Position numbers and translations under genes: made by a program
Part shown: one piece after another, positions 8,077-17,312 of the stretch
Layout: each line of letters starts with the position of its first letter
Position numbering within the stretch: the stretch's first letter is position 1
The notes under the pieces: model-generated
Told to the model about the DNA's origin: nothing
Databases searched by the model: none
Seen by the model: only the letters and a program-made list of their open reading frames with translations
From: Deltaproteobacteria bacterium
Lineage (GTDB): Bacteria; Myxococcota_A; UBA9042; CAIXZC01
Reading direction: 5' to 3'
DNA length: 64,000 bases
Assembly: GCA_016875215.1 (NCBI GenBank)
Contig: VGRX01000003.1
Span: forward strand, 4,018 to 68,017

Positions 8077-10215
8077 ATGATCCTCCTGCGCATAGCGCTC
8101 CGCAACATTGCGGCCACCAAGGTCCGTACGTTGATCATCGGGCTGCTGATCACGTTCGGGACCATGCTCGTGGTGGTGGGCGGGTCGCTGCTGTCCACGC
8201 TCGATCGGAGCATGGCCCGCAGCATCATCGGCAGCGTCTCCTCACACCTCCAGCTCTGCGACGAGGGGGCCAAGGACGCGCTCGAGTTCTTCTCGCCGCC
8301 CACCGGGACCCCCGACCTGGGGCAGATCCGGGATTTCCCGAAGGTCAAGGCCGCGCTGGAGGCGCTGCCGGAGGTCGAAGCCGTGGTCCCCATGGGCTCC
8401 GACTTCGCCATGGTGTTCTCCGGCAACGTCATGGACGTCAAGATCGCCGAGCTCTCGGCCGCTGTGAAGCGGGGGGACCGGGAGAAGGCCCAGGTGCTGG
8501 CCGACCACGTGCACAAGAACGTGGTGCTCCTCCAAGAGAGCCTGCGCGGCCTGGAGGGGTTCGTCAATCTCGACGACAACAAGGAAGAGCGGCAGGTCGA
8601 CCTCGGCAACCTGGCCACCGCCGCGTCGGATGAGTTCTGGGCCGACTTCCTCGATTCCCCCGAGGAGAAGCTGGTCTTCCTCGAGAACAAGGTCGCCCGC
8701 CTCGCGATGGATGCCAAGATGCTGTTCCTCCGCTACCTCGGCACCGACACGGAGGCCTTCCGCAAGAACTTCGACCTGTTCGAGGTGGTCAAGGGGGAGA
8801 TGATCCCGCCGGGGCGCCGCGGCTTCCTGTTCTCCGAGTTCATCTACGAGCGCCAGGTCAAAAACCAGGTCGCGATGCGCCTGGATTTCATCAAGGAGAA
8901 CCTCGAGGCCGGACGGACGATCAAGGACGATCCCAAGGTTGCCAGCCGCGTCCAGCAGAACGTCCGGCAGTACAAGGAGATCCTCTACCAGATGGACCGA
9001 CAGCAGACCGCACAGCTCGTGGCCCGGCTGCAGGAGCTGCTGGAAGTGGAGGAGAAGGAGCCGGAGAAGCTGCTCGAGCAGTTCCTGGAAATGGACGACG
9101 AGAACTTCGCCGTCCGGTACCGGTTCTTCTACGACGAGATCGCTCCGGCCATCGTGCTCTACCAGGTGCGGATCGGCGACATCCTGACGATCCGGTCCTA
9201 CACGCGCAGCGGATATGCGACCGCGGTCAATGTCCCGGTCTACGGCACGTTCCGCTTCAAGGGGATGGAGAAGTCCGCGCTGGCGGGCGTGTACAACCTG
9301 ATGGACCTGATGACGTACCGCGACCTCTACGGATACATGTCCCCGGCCCGCAAGGCGGAAATCGCGTCGCTCAAGGCAGAGACGGGCGTCGAGGAGATCG
9401 ACCGGGCCTCGGCCGAGGATGCTCTGTTCGGCGGAGATGACGGCGAGGCCGGGGGCGAAGATGGGGGGACCAGGCCGAGCCCGGGTGAGGGAGGCCCGCC
9501 CCCTGCGGCCGATGCCTCCTCGGACGGCGGCTTCGACGAGTTCGCCGGAATCGACATGGAGGAGGGGGGACAGCGGTACGGAGAGGCACTTCTCCGGAAG
9601 GTCTACCCCCAGGAGGAGATCGATACCGGTGTGGTGACGAATGCTGCCGTGAGGCTTGCCGCGGGGGTGGACCTCGAGGTCGGTCGGGCCGCGGTGGAGA
9701 AGGCGGTCCGGGAGGGCGGGTTCGGGCTCTCGGTCATCGACTGGAGGCAGGCGAGCGGCCTGGTCGGCCAGTTCCTCGGGGTGGTCTGGATCGTGCTGTT
9801 CAGCGCGATCCTGATCATCTTCCTCGTTGCACTGGTGATCATCAACAACTCGATGGTGATGGCGACGCTGGACCGGACCCGGGAGATCGGGACGATGCGG
9901 GCCATCGGGGCGCAGCGCAGCTACGTGCTGAAGATGTTCCTCATCGAGTCGACGGTGTTGGGCGTGGGGTTCGGCCTGCTGGGGACGCTGCTGGGCAGCA
10001 TGCTCATCGTGTTCCTGGGGCGGGTGGGAATCCCGGCCGTGTCGGACGAGCTCTACTTCCTGTTTGCCGGCTCGCACCTGTACCCGGTGCTGCTGCCGGG
10101 ACACCTGGTTTCGGCGTTCGTCGTGGTGTTCCTGGTGAGCCTGGCATCGACTCTGTATCCCGCACGCCTGGCGGCCCGCATCCAGCCGGTCAAGGCCATG
10201 GGCAAGGAGGACTGA
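8077..10215 (+). CDS. ABC transporter permease, FtsX/MacB-like with large periplasmic domain
   Basis: N-terminal TM (RTLIIGLLITFGTMLVVVGGSL), ~450-aa periplasmic region, C-terminal FtsX 3-TM domain; directly follows the ATPase. Confidence 0.9.
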   Translation: MILLRIALRNIAATKVRTLIIGLLITFGTMLVVVGGSLLSTLDRSMARSIIGSVSSHLQLCDEGAKDALEFFSPPTGTPDLGQIRDFPKVKAALEALPEVEAVVPMGSDFAMVFSGNVMDVKIAELSAAVKRGDREKAQVLADHVHKNVVLLQESLRGLEGFVNLDDNKEERQVDLGNLATAASDEFWADFLDSPEEKLVFLENKVARLAMDAKMLFLRYLGTDTEAFRKNFDLFEVVKGEMIPPGRRGFLFSEFIYERQVKNQVAMRLDFIKENLEAGRTIKDDPKVASRVQQNVRQYKEILYQMDRQQTAQLVARLQELLEVEEKEPEKLLEQFLEMDDENFAVRYRFFYDEIAPAIVLYQVRIGDILTIRSYTRSGYATAVNVPVYGTFRFKGMEKSALAGVYNLMDLMTYRDLYGYMSPARKAEIASLKAETGVEEIDRASAEDALFGGDDGEAGGEDGGTRPSPGEGGPPPAADASSDGGFDEFAGIDMEEGGQRYGEALLRKVYPQEEIDTGVVTNAAVRLAAGVDLEVGRAAVEKAVREGGFGLSVIDWRQASGLVGQFLGVVWIVLFSAILIIFLVALVIINNSMVMATLDRTREIGTMRAIGAQRSYVLKMFLIESTVLGVGFGLLGTLLGSMLIVFLGRVGIPAVSDELYFLFAGSHLYPVLLPGHLVSAFVVVFLVSLASTLYPARLAARIQPVKAMGKED

Positions 10216-10216
10216 C

Positions 10217-11521
10217 ATGGGGCGGCTCCTGCTGATTGCGGCCAGAAACCTGCGGCAGAACCGTCGTCGGACCGCGCTGCTGTCCGCTGCCGTGGTCGCT
10301 GTGACCATGCTGCTGGTGCTGCTCGGCTCTCTGGGCAACGGGATCCAGGCCACGCTGCTCGAGGCCGGTACCGCCATGATCACGGGTCATGTCAACGTCG
10401 GCGGGTTCTTCAAGATCACGAGCGGGATGGGCTCTCCGGTGGTGGTCGACGCGGCTCGGACCCTTGCCGACGTGAAGGAGCTGGCCCCGGAAGCCTCCCG
10501 GATCGTGCAGCGGCGGCGGGGCTTCGGCAAGGTCGTCAGCGAGTCGGACACGATCCAGTGTGCGCTGACCGGTATCGACGCGACCAACGACGAGGCGCTT
10601 CGGGGGATCCTGCGCATCCGGGAGGGGAGCCTGGACAACCTGGACGCGGATGGGCATTCGATCCTGCTGTTCGAGAAGCAGGCCGAGCGGCTCAACGTCT
10701 CGGTCGGGGACGACGTCACCCTCTCGTCGCAGGTGGTGCGAGGGCAGACCAATGCCATCCAGGTGAGGGTCGGGGCCATTGCCAGGGACATGGGGTTGCT
10801 CTCGATCATGTCCTCGTACGTGTCGCTCGATGTGATTCGTGACCTGTACCAGCTCGATCCCGATACCACGGGGGTGATCCTGGTCTACCTGGACGACCCC
10901 GAGCAGGCGGGCGACGTCAAGGCCCGGCTCCGGGAGGGGCTGCTCGCCAGGAACCACCGGCTCATGGAGGACGAGCCCGACGCGTTCTACCACAAGTTCC
11001 AGCAGGTCGCAGGCGAGGACTGGACCGGCATGAAGCTCGACGTGACCACGTGGGAGGACGAGCTGGCCAACATCCAGTGGACCATGAAGACGTTCGACAC
11101 GATCTCCTCCCTGCTCATCGGCGTGCTGCTGGTCATCGTCGTCATCGGCGTCATGAACACGATGTGGATCACGGTGCGGGACCGGACGCGGGAGATCGGC
11201 ACCTTGCGGGCCATCGGCATGGGGCGGTTCCGCGTGCTCGTCATGTTCCTGCTCGAAACCGTGATCCTCTCGGTGCTCTCGGCCCTCGCCGGCGTGCTGC
11301 TCGGCGCAGGCATCGCCGAGCTCCTCAACTCGCTCAGGATCCCGGTCTCCCAGGGATTCCAGATCTTCCTGATGTCGGACACGCTGAGGCTGGTGGTCTC
11401 CCCGAGAAGCCTGCTGCTGGCAGTGGTCGTGGTGCCGCTGCTGACCACCTTCGGGGCACTCATTCCCGCCTCCCGTGCCGCTCGCCTGAGACCCGTTACC
11501 GCCATGCAGCATGCCGGGTGA
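10217..11521 (+). CDS. ABC transporter permease, FtsX/LolE-like
   Basis: N-terminal TM helix, periplasmic domain, C-terminal FtsX-type TMs; 2-nt gap after previous permease. Confidence 0.9.
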   Translation: MGRLLLIAARNLRQNRRRTALLSAAVVAVTMLLVLLGSLGNGIQATLLEAGTAMITGHVNVGGFFKITSGMGSPVVVDAARTLADVKELAPEASRIVQRRRGFGKVVSESDTIQCALTGIDATNDEALRGILRIREGSLDNLDADGHSILLFEKQAERLNVSVGDDVTLSSQVVRGQTNAIQVRVGAIARDMGLLSIMSSYVSLDVIRDLYQLDPDTTGVILVYLDDPEQAGDVKARLREGLLARNHRLMEDEPDAFYHKFQQVAGEDWTGMKLDVTTWEDELANIQWTMKTFDTISSLLIGVLLVIVVIGVMNTMWITVRDRTREIGTLRAIGMGRFRVLVMFLLETVILSVLSALAGVLLGAGIAELLNSLRIPVSQGFQIFLMSDTLRLVVSPRSLLLAVVVVPLLTTFGALIPASRAARLRPVTAMQHAG

Positions 11522-11532
11522 GGAGGAATGCC

Positions 11533-12312
11533 ATGCCCCTGCACATGCTCACGCTGACTGCAACCCTGCTGCTCTCTGCCGCTGCCGTCCCCGCCCTCGC
11601 ACTCGACGCCGACGGGATGAAGAAGGTGCTCGAGACCATCGATGAGCGGCAGCGCAATGCCGGCGACCACAAGTCCCTGGTCTACATCCAGACCAAGGAG
11701 AAGAGCCGGGAGGACGTGGTCATGGAGGCCGTCGTCTACCGGCGGGATGCCAGCGACCAGTTCATGATCCTCCTGCTCAAGCCCAAGGCCGAGCGGGGAA
11801 AGGGCTACCTCAAGATCGACAAGAACTTCTGGATGTACGACCCGACCGTGGGCCGCTGGGAGCGCCGCACCGAGCGGGAGCGCATCGTAGGCTCCGATTC
11901 CCGCCGGGCCGACTTCGACGAGTCCCGCCTGGCCGTGGAGTACGCCTCGGAGTACAAGGGGGAGGAGAAGCTCGGGAAGTTCACGGTCCACCATATCAGG
12001 CTCACCGAGAAGCCGGGGGCCGACGTTCCCTATCCCGTCACCGAGCTCTGGGTCGACAAGGAAACCAACAACGTGCTCAAGAGGCAGGACCTCGCTGCCA
12101 GCGGGAAGCTCATGCGGACCGTCTATACTCCGAAGTGGAAGAAGGTCTACAGCGAGTCGAAGAAGGAGGACGTCTGGTACCCGGCCGAGATCCGCATCTA
12201 TGACGAGGTCGAGAAGGACAACTCGACCGTGGTGCTGATCCAGGAGGTGGATCTCCGTCCGCTGCCGGAGAACATCTTCACCAAGGCCTGGCTGGAGAGC
12301 AAGAGCCGATGA
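11533..12312 (+). CDS. LolA-like outer-membrane lipoprotein-sorting/carrier protein (259 aa)
   Basis: Internal start of ORF 11050..12312 at ATG 11533 with RBS GAGGAGGAA; signal peptide MPLHMLTLTATLLLSAAAVPALA; LolA/LolB-like size and position after Lol-like ABC genes. Confidence 0.55.
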   Translation: MPLHMLTLTATLLLSAAAVPALALDADGMKKVLETIDERQRNAGDHKSLVYIQTKEKSREDVVMEAVVYRRDASDQFMILLLKPKAERGKGYLKIDKNFWMYDPTVGRWERRTERERIVGSDSRRADFDESRLAVEYASEYKGEEKLGKFTVHHIRLTEKPGADVPYPVTELWVDKETNNVLKRQDLAASGKLMRTVYTPKWKKVYSESKKEDVWYPAEIRIYDEVEKDNSTVVLIQEVDLRPLPENIFTKAWLESKSR

Positions 12313-13817
12313 AGACGGCCCCCCTCTTCCTTCTGGTTTCCCTCCTGTCGTGGTCGGCGCTGGCTCAGGAGGCCGACCGCGAAGAGGACATGTTCGGCGG
12401 CGAGCTCGAGGAAACGCAGGTCAGCGAGGGGCATCGGGCGCTGCTGGAGGAGGACAAGCTCCAGCTCGGCGGCATGCTGTACATGCGGACCCAGGGGCAG
12501 TTCTACTCCAGGTTCATGGATGATCCCTCGCTGTCGATGCCCAACCTCCTCGACGTGTACCTGGACGGCCGCCCCGGCGAGCGGGTGCGGGCGTTCGTCC
12601 GGGGGCGGCTGAAGTTCGACCCCGTGGCGACGGCACCGCTGTCCGGATTGTTGCCCAACGAGGTGGGCAGGGAGGTCGAGGTCATCGCCGACTCGATGGA
12701 GACGGAGCTGCCGCAGAAGGACAGCACGGACGTGCTGCTCGACCAGCTCTGGCTCAAGTTCGACATTGGCAGAACGCTGTTCGTCACGGCAGGCCGCCAG
12801 CCGGTCCAGTGGGGGACCACGCGGCTCTGGAACCCGACCGACCTGGTCAACCGCTCGCGCCGGGAGCCGCTGGCACTGTTCGACGAGCGGACCGGAGTGA
12901 CTGCGCTCAAGCTGCACGTCCCCATCGAGTCGCTGTCCGCAAACGTGGTCGGCCTGCTGCTGATGGACGGAGCGGACGCAGTGAAGGATCTGGGCGGTGC
13001 GCTGCGGCTGGAGGCCGCGTTCTGGACGGTCGAGCTGGGGCTGACCGGTCTGGTGCGCCGGGAGGCCGCCGTGGACGCACAGGGCAAGGAGTATGACTAC
13101 GTGGTGCCCCAGGTCGGCCTGGACCTGTCGGCCGGCGTTTGGGACATCGACCTCACGGCGGAGGCGGGTCTGAGGTTCCCGGACAGCTCCCGCAACGACC
13201 CGTTCTTCGAGGTGCAGGACCGCAAGGCCCTGCTCCAGGCCGCGGTCGGGGCCAGCTACACGCACAAGTACTCGGCCGAGGATTTTTTCATAATTGGTAC
13301 AGAGTATTTCTACAATCCTGAGGGATATTCAAGCTCAGACAGCTACGCTGCGCTCATTGCGGAGAGCATGATCGGGACGTTGGGACTCGGAACGCCGGGG
13401 GCTGGGGGGGGCGGCCCTGCCGATGGCGCCTCGGGGCAGACCGGTACTTCTGCGACTGCAGGGGGGACGGCATCGGCCGCGGGCTTCACCCCGTTCTACA
13501 TGGGCCGACACTACGGTGCGGTGTACGCGATGCTGCCCTCGCCGGGGAGCTGGGACTACACGACCTTCTCCCTCTCCGGGGTGGGAAACTTCTCGGACGA
13601 GAGCTACGTGGTGCGGCTCGACTACCAGGTCACGGTGCTGACGTGGCTGTCGGTCCAGGCGTGGGGTGCAGTCAACCTTGGGAAGAAGGGGGGCGAGTTC
13701 CGCTTCGGGCTGGAGGAAGGGAAGATGTACCCCGCCATCGACAAGGTCACATCGGGCCCGAGCCCGGAGTTCTACCAGGCCTTCTCGTGCGGGTTGAACC
13801 TGCGGGTGAATCTGTAG
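12309..13817 (+). CDS. Secreted outer-membrane-associated protein, hypothetical (502 aa)
   Basis: Signal peptide MKTAPLFLLVSLLSWSALAQE; ATGA overlap with previous gene; beta-rich C-terminal region; no motif recognised. Confidence 0.6.
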   Translation: MKTAPLFLLVSLLSWSALAQEADREEDMFGGELEETQVSEGHRALLEEDKLQLGGMLYMRTQGQFYSRFMDDPSLSMPNLLDVYLDGRPGERVRAFVRGRLKFDPVATAPLSGLLPNEVGREVEVIADSMETELPQKDSTDVLLDQLWLKFDIGRTLFVTAGRQPVQWGTTRLWNPTDLVNRSRREPLALFDERTGVTALKLHVPIESLSANVVGLLLMDGADAVKDLGGALRLEAAFWTVELGLTGLVRREAAVDAQGKEYDYVVPQVGLDLSAGVWDIDLTAEAGLRFPDSSRNDPFFEVQDRKALLQAAVGASYTHKYSAEDFFIIGTEYFYNPEGYSSSDSYAALIAESMIGTLGLGTPGAGGGGPADGASGQTGTSATAGGTASAAGFTPFYMGRHYGAVYAMLPSPGSWDYTTFSLSGVGNFSDESYVVRLDYQVTVLTWLSVQAWGAVNLGKKGGEFRFGLEEGKMYPAIDKVTSGPSPEFYQAFSCGLNLRVNL

Positions 13818-13902
13818 GGACTGGGGGTTGTGAACTGCTCTTGATGGGCCGTGTGGGAGGGTGCTCAGCGCCCGACCTGCGCCGGCACGGGAGAACGGAG
13901 AC

Positions 13903-15180
13903 ATGCAAAGCGAATTCCAATGCACCTTGTTTCTTGCCGGCAACCCTGAAGGCAAGCCGGCGACGGTCACGGTGAGGGCGAACGGGTTCGGGGTGAAGCA
14001 CGAGGGGGGTACGTTCGAGATCCCGTTCCACCAGACCCAGGCCTCGAAAGGGGGCTACAACGACTCGATGCTGGTGCTGTCCGGCCCCGGGCCGCAGGGG
14101 CGTGTCTCGCTCTACTTCGGGGACCAGGGTATTGTCCGGGCGATGAGCGGGTATCGGCTGCCGCCGCTGCTGGCGGCACAGCTCTCCGGCGCGAGGGGGG
14201 GAGGCAAGGGGAAGTGGGTTCTTCTCGTTCTGCTCCTGCTGGTCGGGCTCGGGTACGGGCTGTACTGGCTGGGAGCGTGGGGGTTCGGGAAGGTAGTGGA
14301 CGTGGCGGTCCAGCACGTTCCGGCGGAGTGGGAGGTGGAGCTGGGCAAGCAGGCAGCCACCGAGACTCTCACGCAGCAGCGGGTGTGCGGGAACCTGGAG
14401 ATGAACCGGGCGGTGAACGATATCGGAAGCCGGCTGGTGGCCGCGGTGGAGTCTCCGCCCTACGAATTCCGGATCAAGGTCATCGATTCGCCGGATGTGA
14501 ACGCGTTTGCGCTGCCGGGGGGATACGTGTTCGTGAACTGGGGGTTGCTCCGGAAGGCGGCAAGTGCCGATGAGGCGGCCGGAGTCCTGGCGCACGAGAT
14601 CCAGCACGCGCTCAGGCGGCACGGGCTCAGGAACGTCGTGGGCCGGGCGAGCATTGCGTTGATCGTCGGGCTGGCGGTCGGGGACGTGCAGGGGGTCGGA
14701 GGGCTGGCCGCAGGCTTGGCATCGGAGCTGGCGGCCCTCTCGTTTTCCCGCGAGCAGGAGGAGGAAGCCGACGCACTCGGGCTCGACCTGGTCTACCGGG
14801 CCAGGTTCCGCCCGGAAGGGATGCCCGACTTCTTTCTGAAGATGAAGGAGGAGGAGGCGAGCCGCGGAATGACCCTCCCCTCGTTCCTCTCCACACATCC
14901 CGACACGGATGCCAGGATCGAAGCGCTGAAGGCCGAGATTGTCCGCCGGGGAGAGGGGATGCCGGAGCCGTTTGCCCGCGACTGGGCCGCAGCGGTCGCC
15001 AGCTGCGACCCGGTCCCCCTGTCCGACCCCGACGCCGATGTCGGCACGGCCGACGCCGGGGAGGCGGAAGCAGAAGAGAAAGCGGGGACCAGGACCGCTG
15101 ACCCAGGTGGCAAGAAGGAAGCCGCTGACGAGGCAGCGACGGCCCCAAGTCCTCCATCAACGGCGTCCAGAGGGCGATGA
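13903..15180 (+). CDS. M48-family zinc metallopeptidase (HtpX/Ste24-like)
   Basis: ORF 13861..15180, start ATG 13903 (RBS GGAG); HEIQH zinc motif (AHEIQHALRRHG), downstream EEEAD glutamate and STHPDTDARIEAL signature. Confidence 0.85.
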   Translation: MQSEFQCTLFLAGNPEGKPATVTVRANGFGVKHEGGTFEIPFHQTQASKGGYNDSMLVLSGPGPQGRVSLYFGDQGIVRAMSGYRLPPLLAAQLSGARGGGKGKWVLLVLLLLVGLGYGLYWLGAWGFGKVVDVAVQHVPAEWEVELGKQAATETLTQQRVCGNLEMNRAVNDIGSRLVAAVESPPYEFRIKVIDSPDVNAFALPGGYVFVNWGLLRKAASADEAAGVLAHEIQHALRRHGLRNVVGRASIALIVGLAVGDVQGVGGLAAGLASELAALSFSREQEEEADALGLDLVYRARFRPEGMPDFFLKMKEEEASRGMTLPSFLSTHPDTDARIEALKAEIVRRGEGMPEPFARDWAAAVASCDPVPLSDPDADVGTADAGEAEAEEKAGTRTADPGGKKEAADEAATAPSPPSTASRGR

Positions 15181-15200
15181 GCCTGCCTGTGTAGGGAATC
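15172..15200 (+). repeat. Copy A of a duplicated element (core GGGCGATGAGCCTGCCTGTGTAGGGAATC) spanning the M48 stop codon
   Basis: Near-identical to 35147..35175 (1 mismatch); extended similarity back to ATCAACGG with a 9-nt indel. Confidence 0.7.
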
Positions 15201-15203
15201 TCC

Positions 15204-15232
15204 TTGAAACGGGGAATGCAGGCTGCTATATT
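15204..15232 (+). promoter_or_regulatory. Sigma70-like promoter TTGAAA-N17-TATATT for the small Cys-rich lipoprotein gene
   Basis: Good hexamers ~50 nt upstream of ATG 15281; strong RBS AAGGAGGAGAAG follows. Confidence 0.35.
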
Positions 15233-15280
15233 GCGAGTCACTGAACCCTGACGTTCGGGCAAAAACCTAAGGAGGAGAAG

Positions 15281-15613
15281 ATGAAGAAACTGTTTGCGTT
15301 GGTGGTCGCGATCCTGGCCGTTGGATTCCTTGCCGTCTCCTGCGGCGGTGACAAGCAGACCAAGAAGGCCCCGGTCTACCCGGCGTGCGAGTCGACAGCG
15401 AATTGCTCCGAGAAGGGCGAAGTGTGCGTCGACGGTATGTGCAAGGAGTGCGGCACCAACAAGGATTGCGCTTCCAAGGGCGCCTGCCTCGAGTGCCAGG
15501 GCAACACCTGCCAGGCCAAGGCCAACTGCTGCAAGTCTGACGCCGACTGCCCCAACGGCCAGAAGTGCAAGGCCAAGCCGGGCAAGAAGGAAGGGACCTG
15601 CGGCACCCTCTGA
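15281..15613 (+). CDS. Small cysteine-rich secreted lipoprotein (110 aa, 14 Cys), hypothetical
   Basis: Signal peptide MKKLFALVVAILAVGFLAVSC with lipobox; CxxxxxCxxxGxC-type spacing repeated; strong RBS. Confidence 0.75.
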   Translation: MKKLFALVVAILAVGFLAVSCGGDKQTKKAPVYPACESTANCSEKGEVCVDGMCKECGTNKDCASKGACLECQGNTCQAKANCCKSDADCPNGQKCKAKPGKKEGTCGTL

Positions 15614-15685
15614 TTCGCGTTTCGCCCTTCTTCTTGCGGGACCTGCCCGTAGTCGCGTAGTCTCATTCCCCGGCAGCATGTCCTG

Positions 15686-17278
15686 GTGGAGGGTTCCGTG
15701 AGCAGAGCGACAGCGACCTACCGTTGGGCCACCTGGGGTGACCTGAACGCGTTCTTCGGGCTGATGCTGGACAACCTGACCAACCTCGTGTTGCTGTGGG
15801 GACTGCTGGCGCTGGTGGAATTCCCGCAGGACATCTACTTCTCGTGCATGGTCCCCGGCACGGCGCTGGGCGTGATGGTGGGGGACCTGGTCTACACGTG
15901 GCTGGCATTCCGACTTGCCAGGAAGACGGGGAATCCGAACGTGACCGCCATGCCTTTGGGGCTGGACACGCCTTCCACCATCGGCGTGGCGGTGGCGGTG
16001 CTGATTCCGTGCTACCTGGCGGGGCTGGAGAACGGGCTGTCTCCGCACGACGCGGGCATGGTGACGTGGGGCGTGGGCATGGCCACCATGGTGTTCATGG
16101 GAATCGTGAAGACCGTGGCATCGTTCGCCGGGAGCTTCATCCAGAAGGTGGTGCCACAGGCGGGGCTGCTGGGTTCGCTGGCCGGGGTAGGGGTTGCGCT
16201 GCTGGGGTTCCTGCCGTTCAAGCACGTCTACCACATGCCCATCGTGGGGATGGTGGCGTTGGGGTTGATGCTCTACACGCTGGTGGCGAAGATCGAGCTT
16301 CCGGGAAAGATCCCGGGCGCATTCGCTGCGGTGCTGGTGGGAACGGCGCTGTACTACATTGCCGGACCGCTGGGGTGGCTCGGAGCGGAGTTCCGGATGC
16401 CCGAGGGGGGGCTGTCACTGGCATTCCCCTGGCCCACGCTGTCCTGGACGGAGCAGGCCGGGGAGGCGCTGAAGTACCTCCCGTTCGCTGTCCCGTTCGG
16501 GCTCCTCACCATCGTGGGGGGCATCAATGTGACCGAGAGCGCACGGTGTGCGGGGGATGACTTCAGGACGCGGGACATCCTCTTGACCGAAGCGGCAGCG
16601 ACGCTGGTGGCAGGGACGTGCGGCGGCGTGGTGCAGTCCACGCCCTACATCGGCCACCCGGCCTACAAGTCGATGGGCGGAAGGGCGGCCTACACGCTGG
16701 CAACGGGGTTGTTCGTGGGCCTCGGCGGCATGCTGGGGTACGTATCCTGGATTGTGGCTGCGATTCCGGCCGCGGCGGTGGCCCCGCTGCTGATGTTCGT
16801 GGGGCTGGAGATCACCGGGCAGGCATTCGAGGTCTGCCCGAGGAAGCACTACCCGGCCATCTTCCTGGCGCTGCTCCCCGTGATCGGCGAGCTGCTGCGC
16901 ATCGGCCTGGTCACCGTGATGTTCGATCCGGGCATGGAAGGCGGGGTCCTGAAAGGGGAGGACGCCCGCTCCATGTTCGACGTCTCGATGCTCCTCGGGC
17001 ACGGGTTCATCATCACATCCATGCTGTGGGCCGCCGCAGCGGCCAGGCTCATCGACCGGGCGGTCGTGGCCGCGGCCGCCTGGTTCGGCGTCATGGCGCT
17101 GCTCACGCTGTTCGGCTTCATCCACTCCGTGATACCGACCGGAGACATCTACCTGCCCTGGCACCTGGATGACCCGTCGCCGGTCTATCGACTGACCTTG
17201 TCCTACCTGGTGCTGTCAGGTATGCTCCTGGTGCTGTCCCTGTTCCGGATCGGACGGGACCGGCCGGCGGAAGCCTGA
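15686..17278 (+). CDS. Polytopic membrane permease, possibly NCS2/xanthine-uracil (AzgA-like) family
   Basis: 530 aa, GTG start, ~12 predicted TM segments; family assignment from weak pattern similarity only. Confidence 0.6.
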   Translation: MEGSVSRATATYRWATWGDLNAFFGLMLDNLTNLVLLWGLLALVEFPQDIYFSCMVPGTALGVMVGDLVYTWLAFRLARKTGNPNVTAMPLGLDTPSTIGVAVAVLIPCYLAGLENGLSPHDAGMVTWGVGMATMVFMGIVKTVASFAGSFIQKVVPQAGLLGSLAGVGVALLGFLPFKHVYHMPIVGMVALGLMLYTLVAKIELPGKIPGAFAAVLVGTALYYIAGPLGWLGAEFRMPEGGLSLAFPWPTLSWTEQAGEALKYLPFAVPFGLLTIVGGINVTESARCAGDDFRTRDILLTEAAATLVAGTCGGVVQSTPYIGHPAYKSMGGRAAYTLATGLFVGLGGMLGYVSWIVAAIPAAAVAPLLMFVGLEITGQAFEVCPRKHYPAIFLALLPVIGELLRIGLVTVMFDPGMEGGVLKGEDARSMFDVSMLLGHGFIITSMLWAAAAARLIDRAVVAAAAWFGVMALLTLFGFIHSVIPTGDIYLPWHLDDPSPVYRLTLSYLVLSGMLLVLSLFRIGRDRPAEA

Positions 17279-17312
17279 GCCCTCTTCCCGGGGGTGCAGT
17301 CGCAAGGCGGAG

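Noticed and set aside
6582-8717. 711-aa minus-strand ORF overlapping lipoprotein and ABC ATPase genes
   Set aside because: Ser/Arg/Thr-rich junk translation; plus-strand genes have canonical ABC motifs
14627-16234. 535-aa minus-strand ORF antisense to the M48 peptidase and Cys-rich lipoprotein region
   Set aside because: Low-complexity Arg/Pro-rich translation; plus-strand genes are well supported
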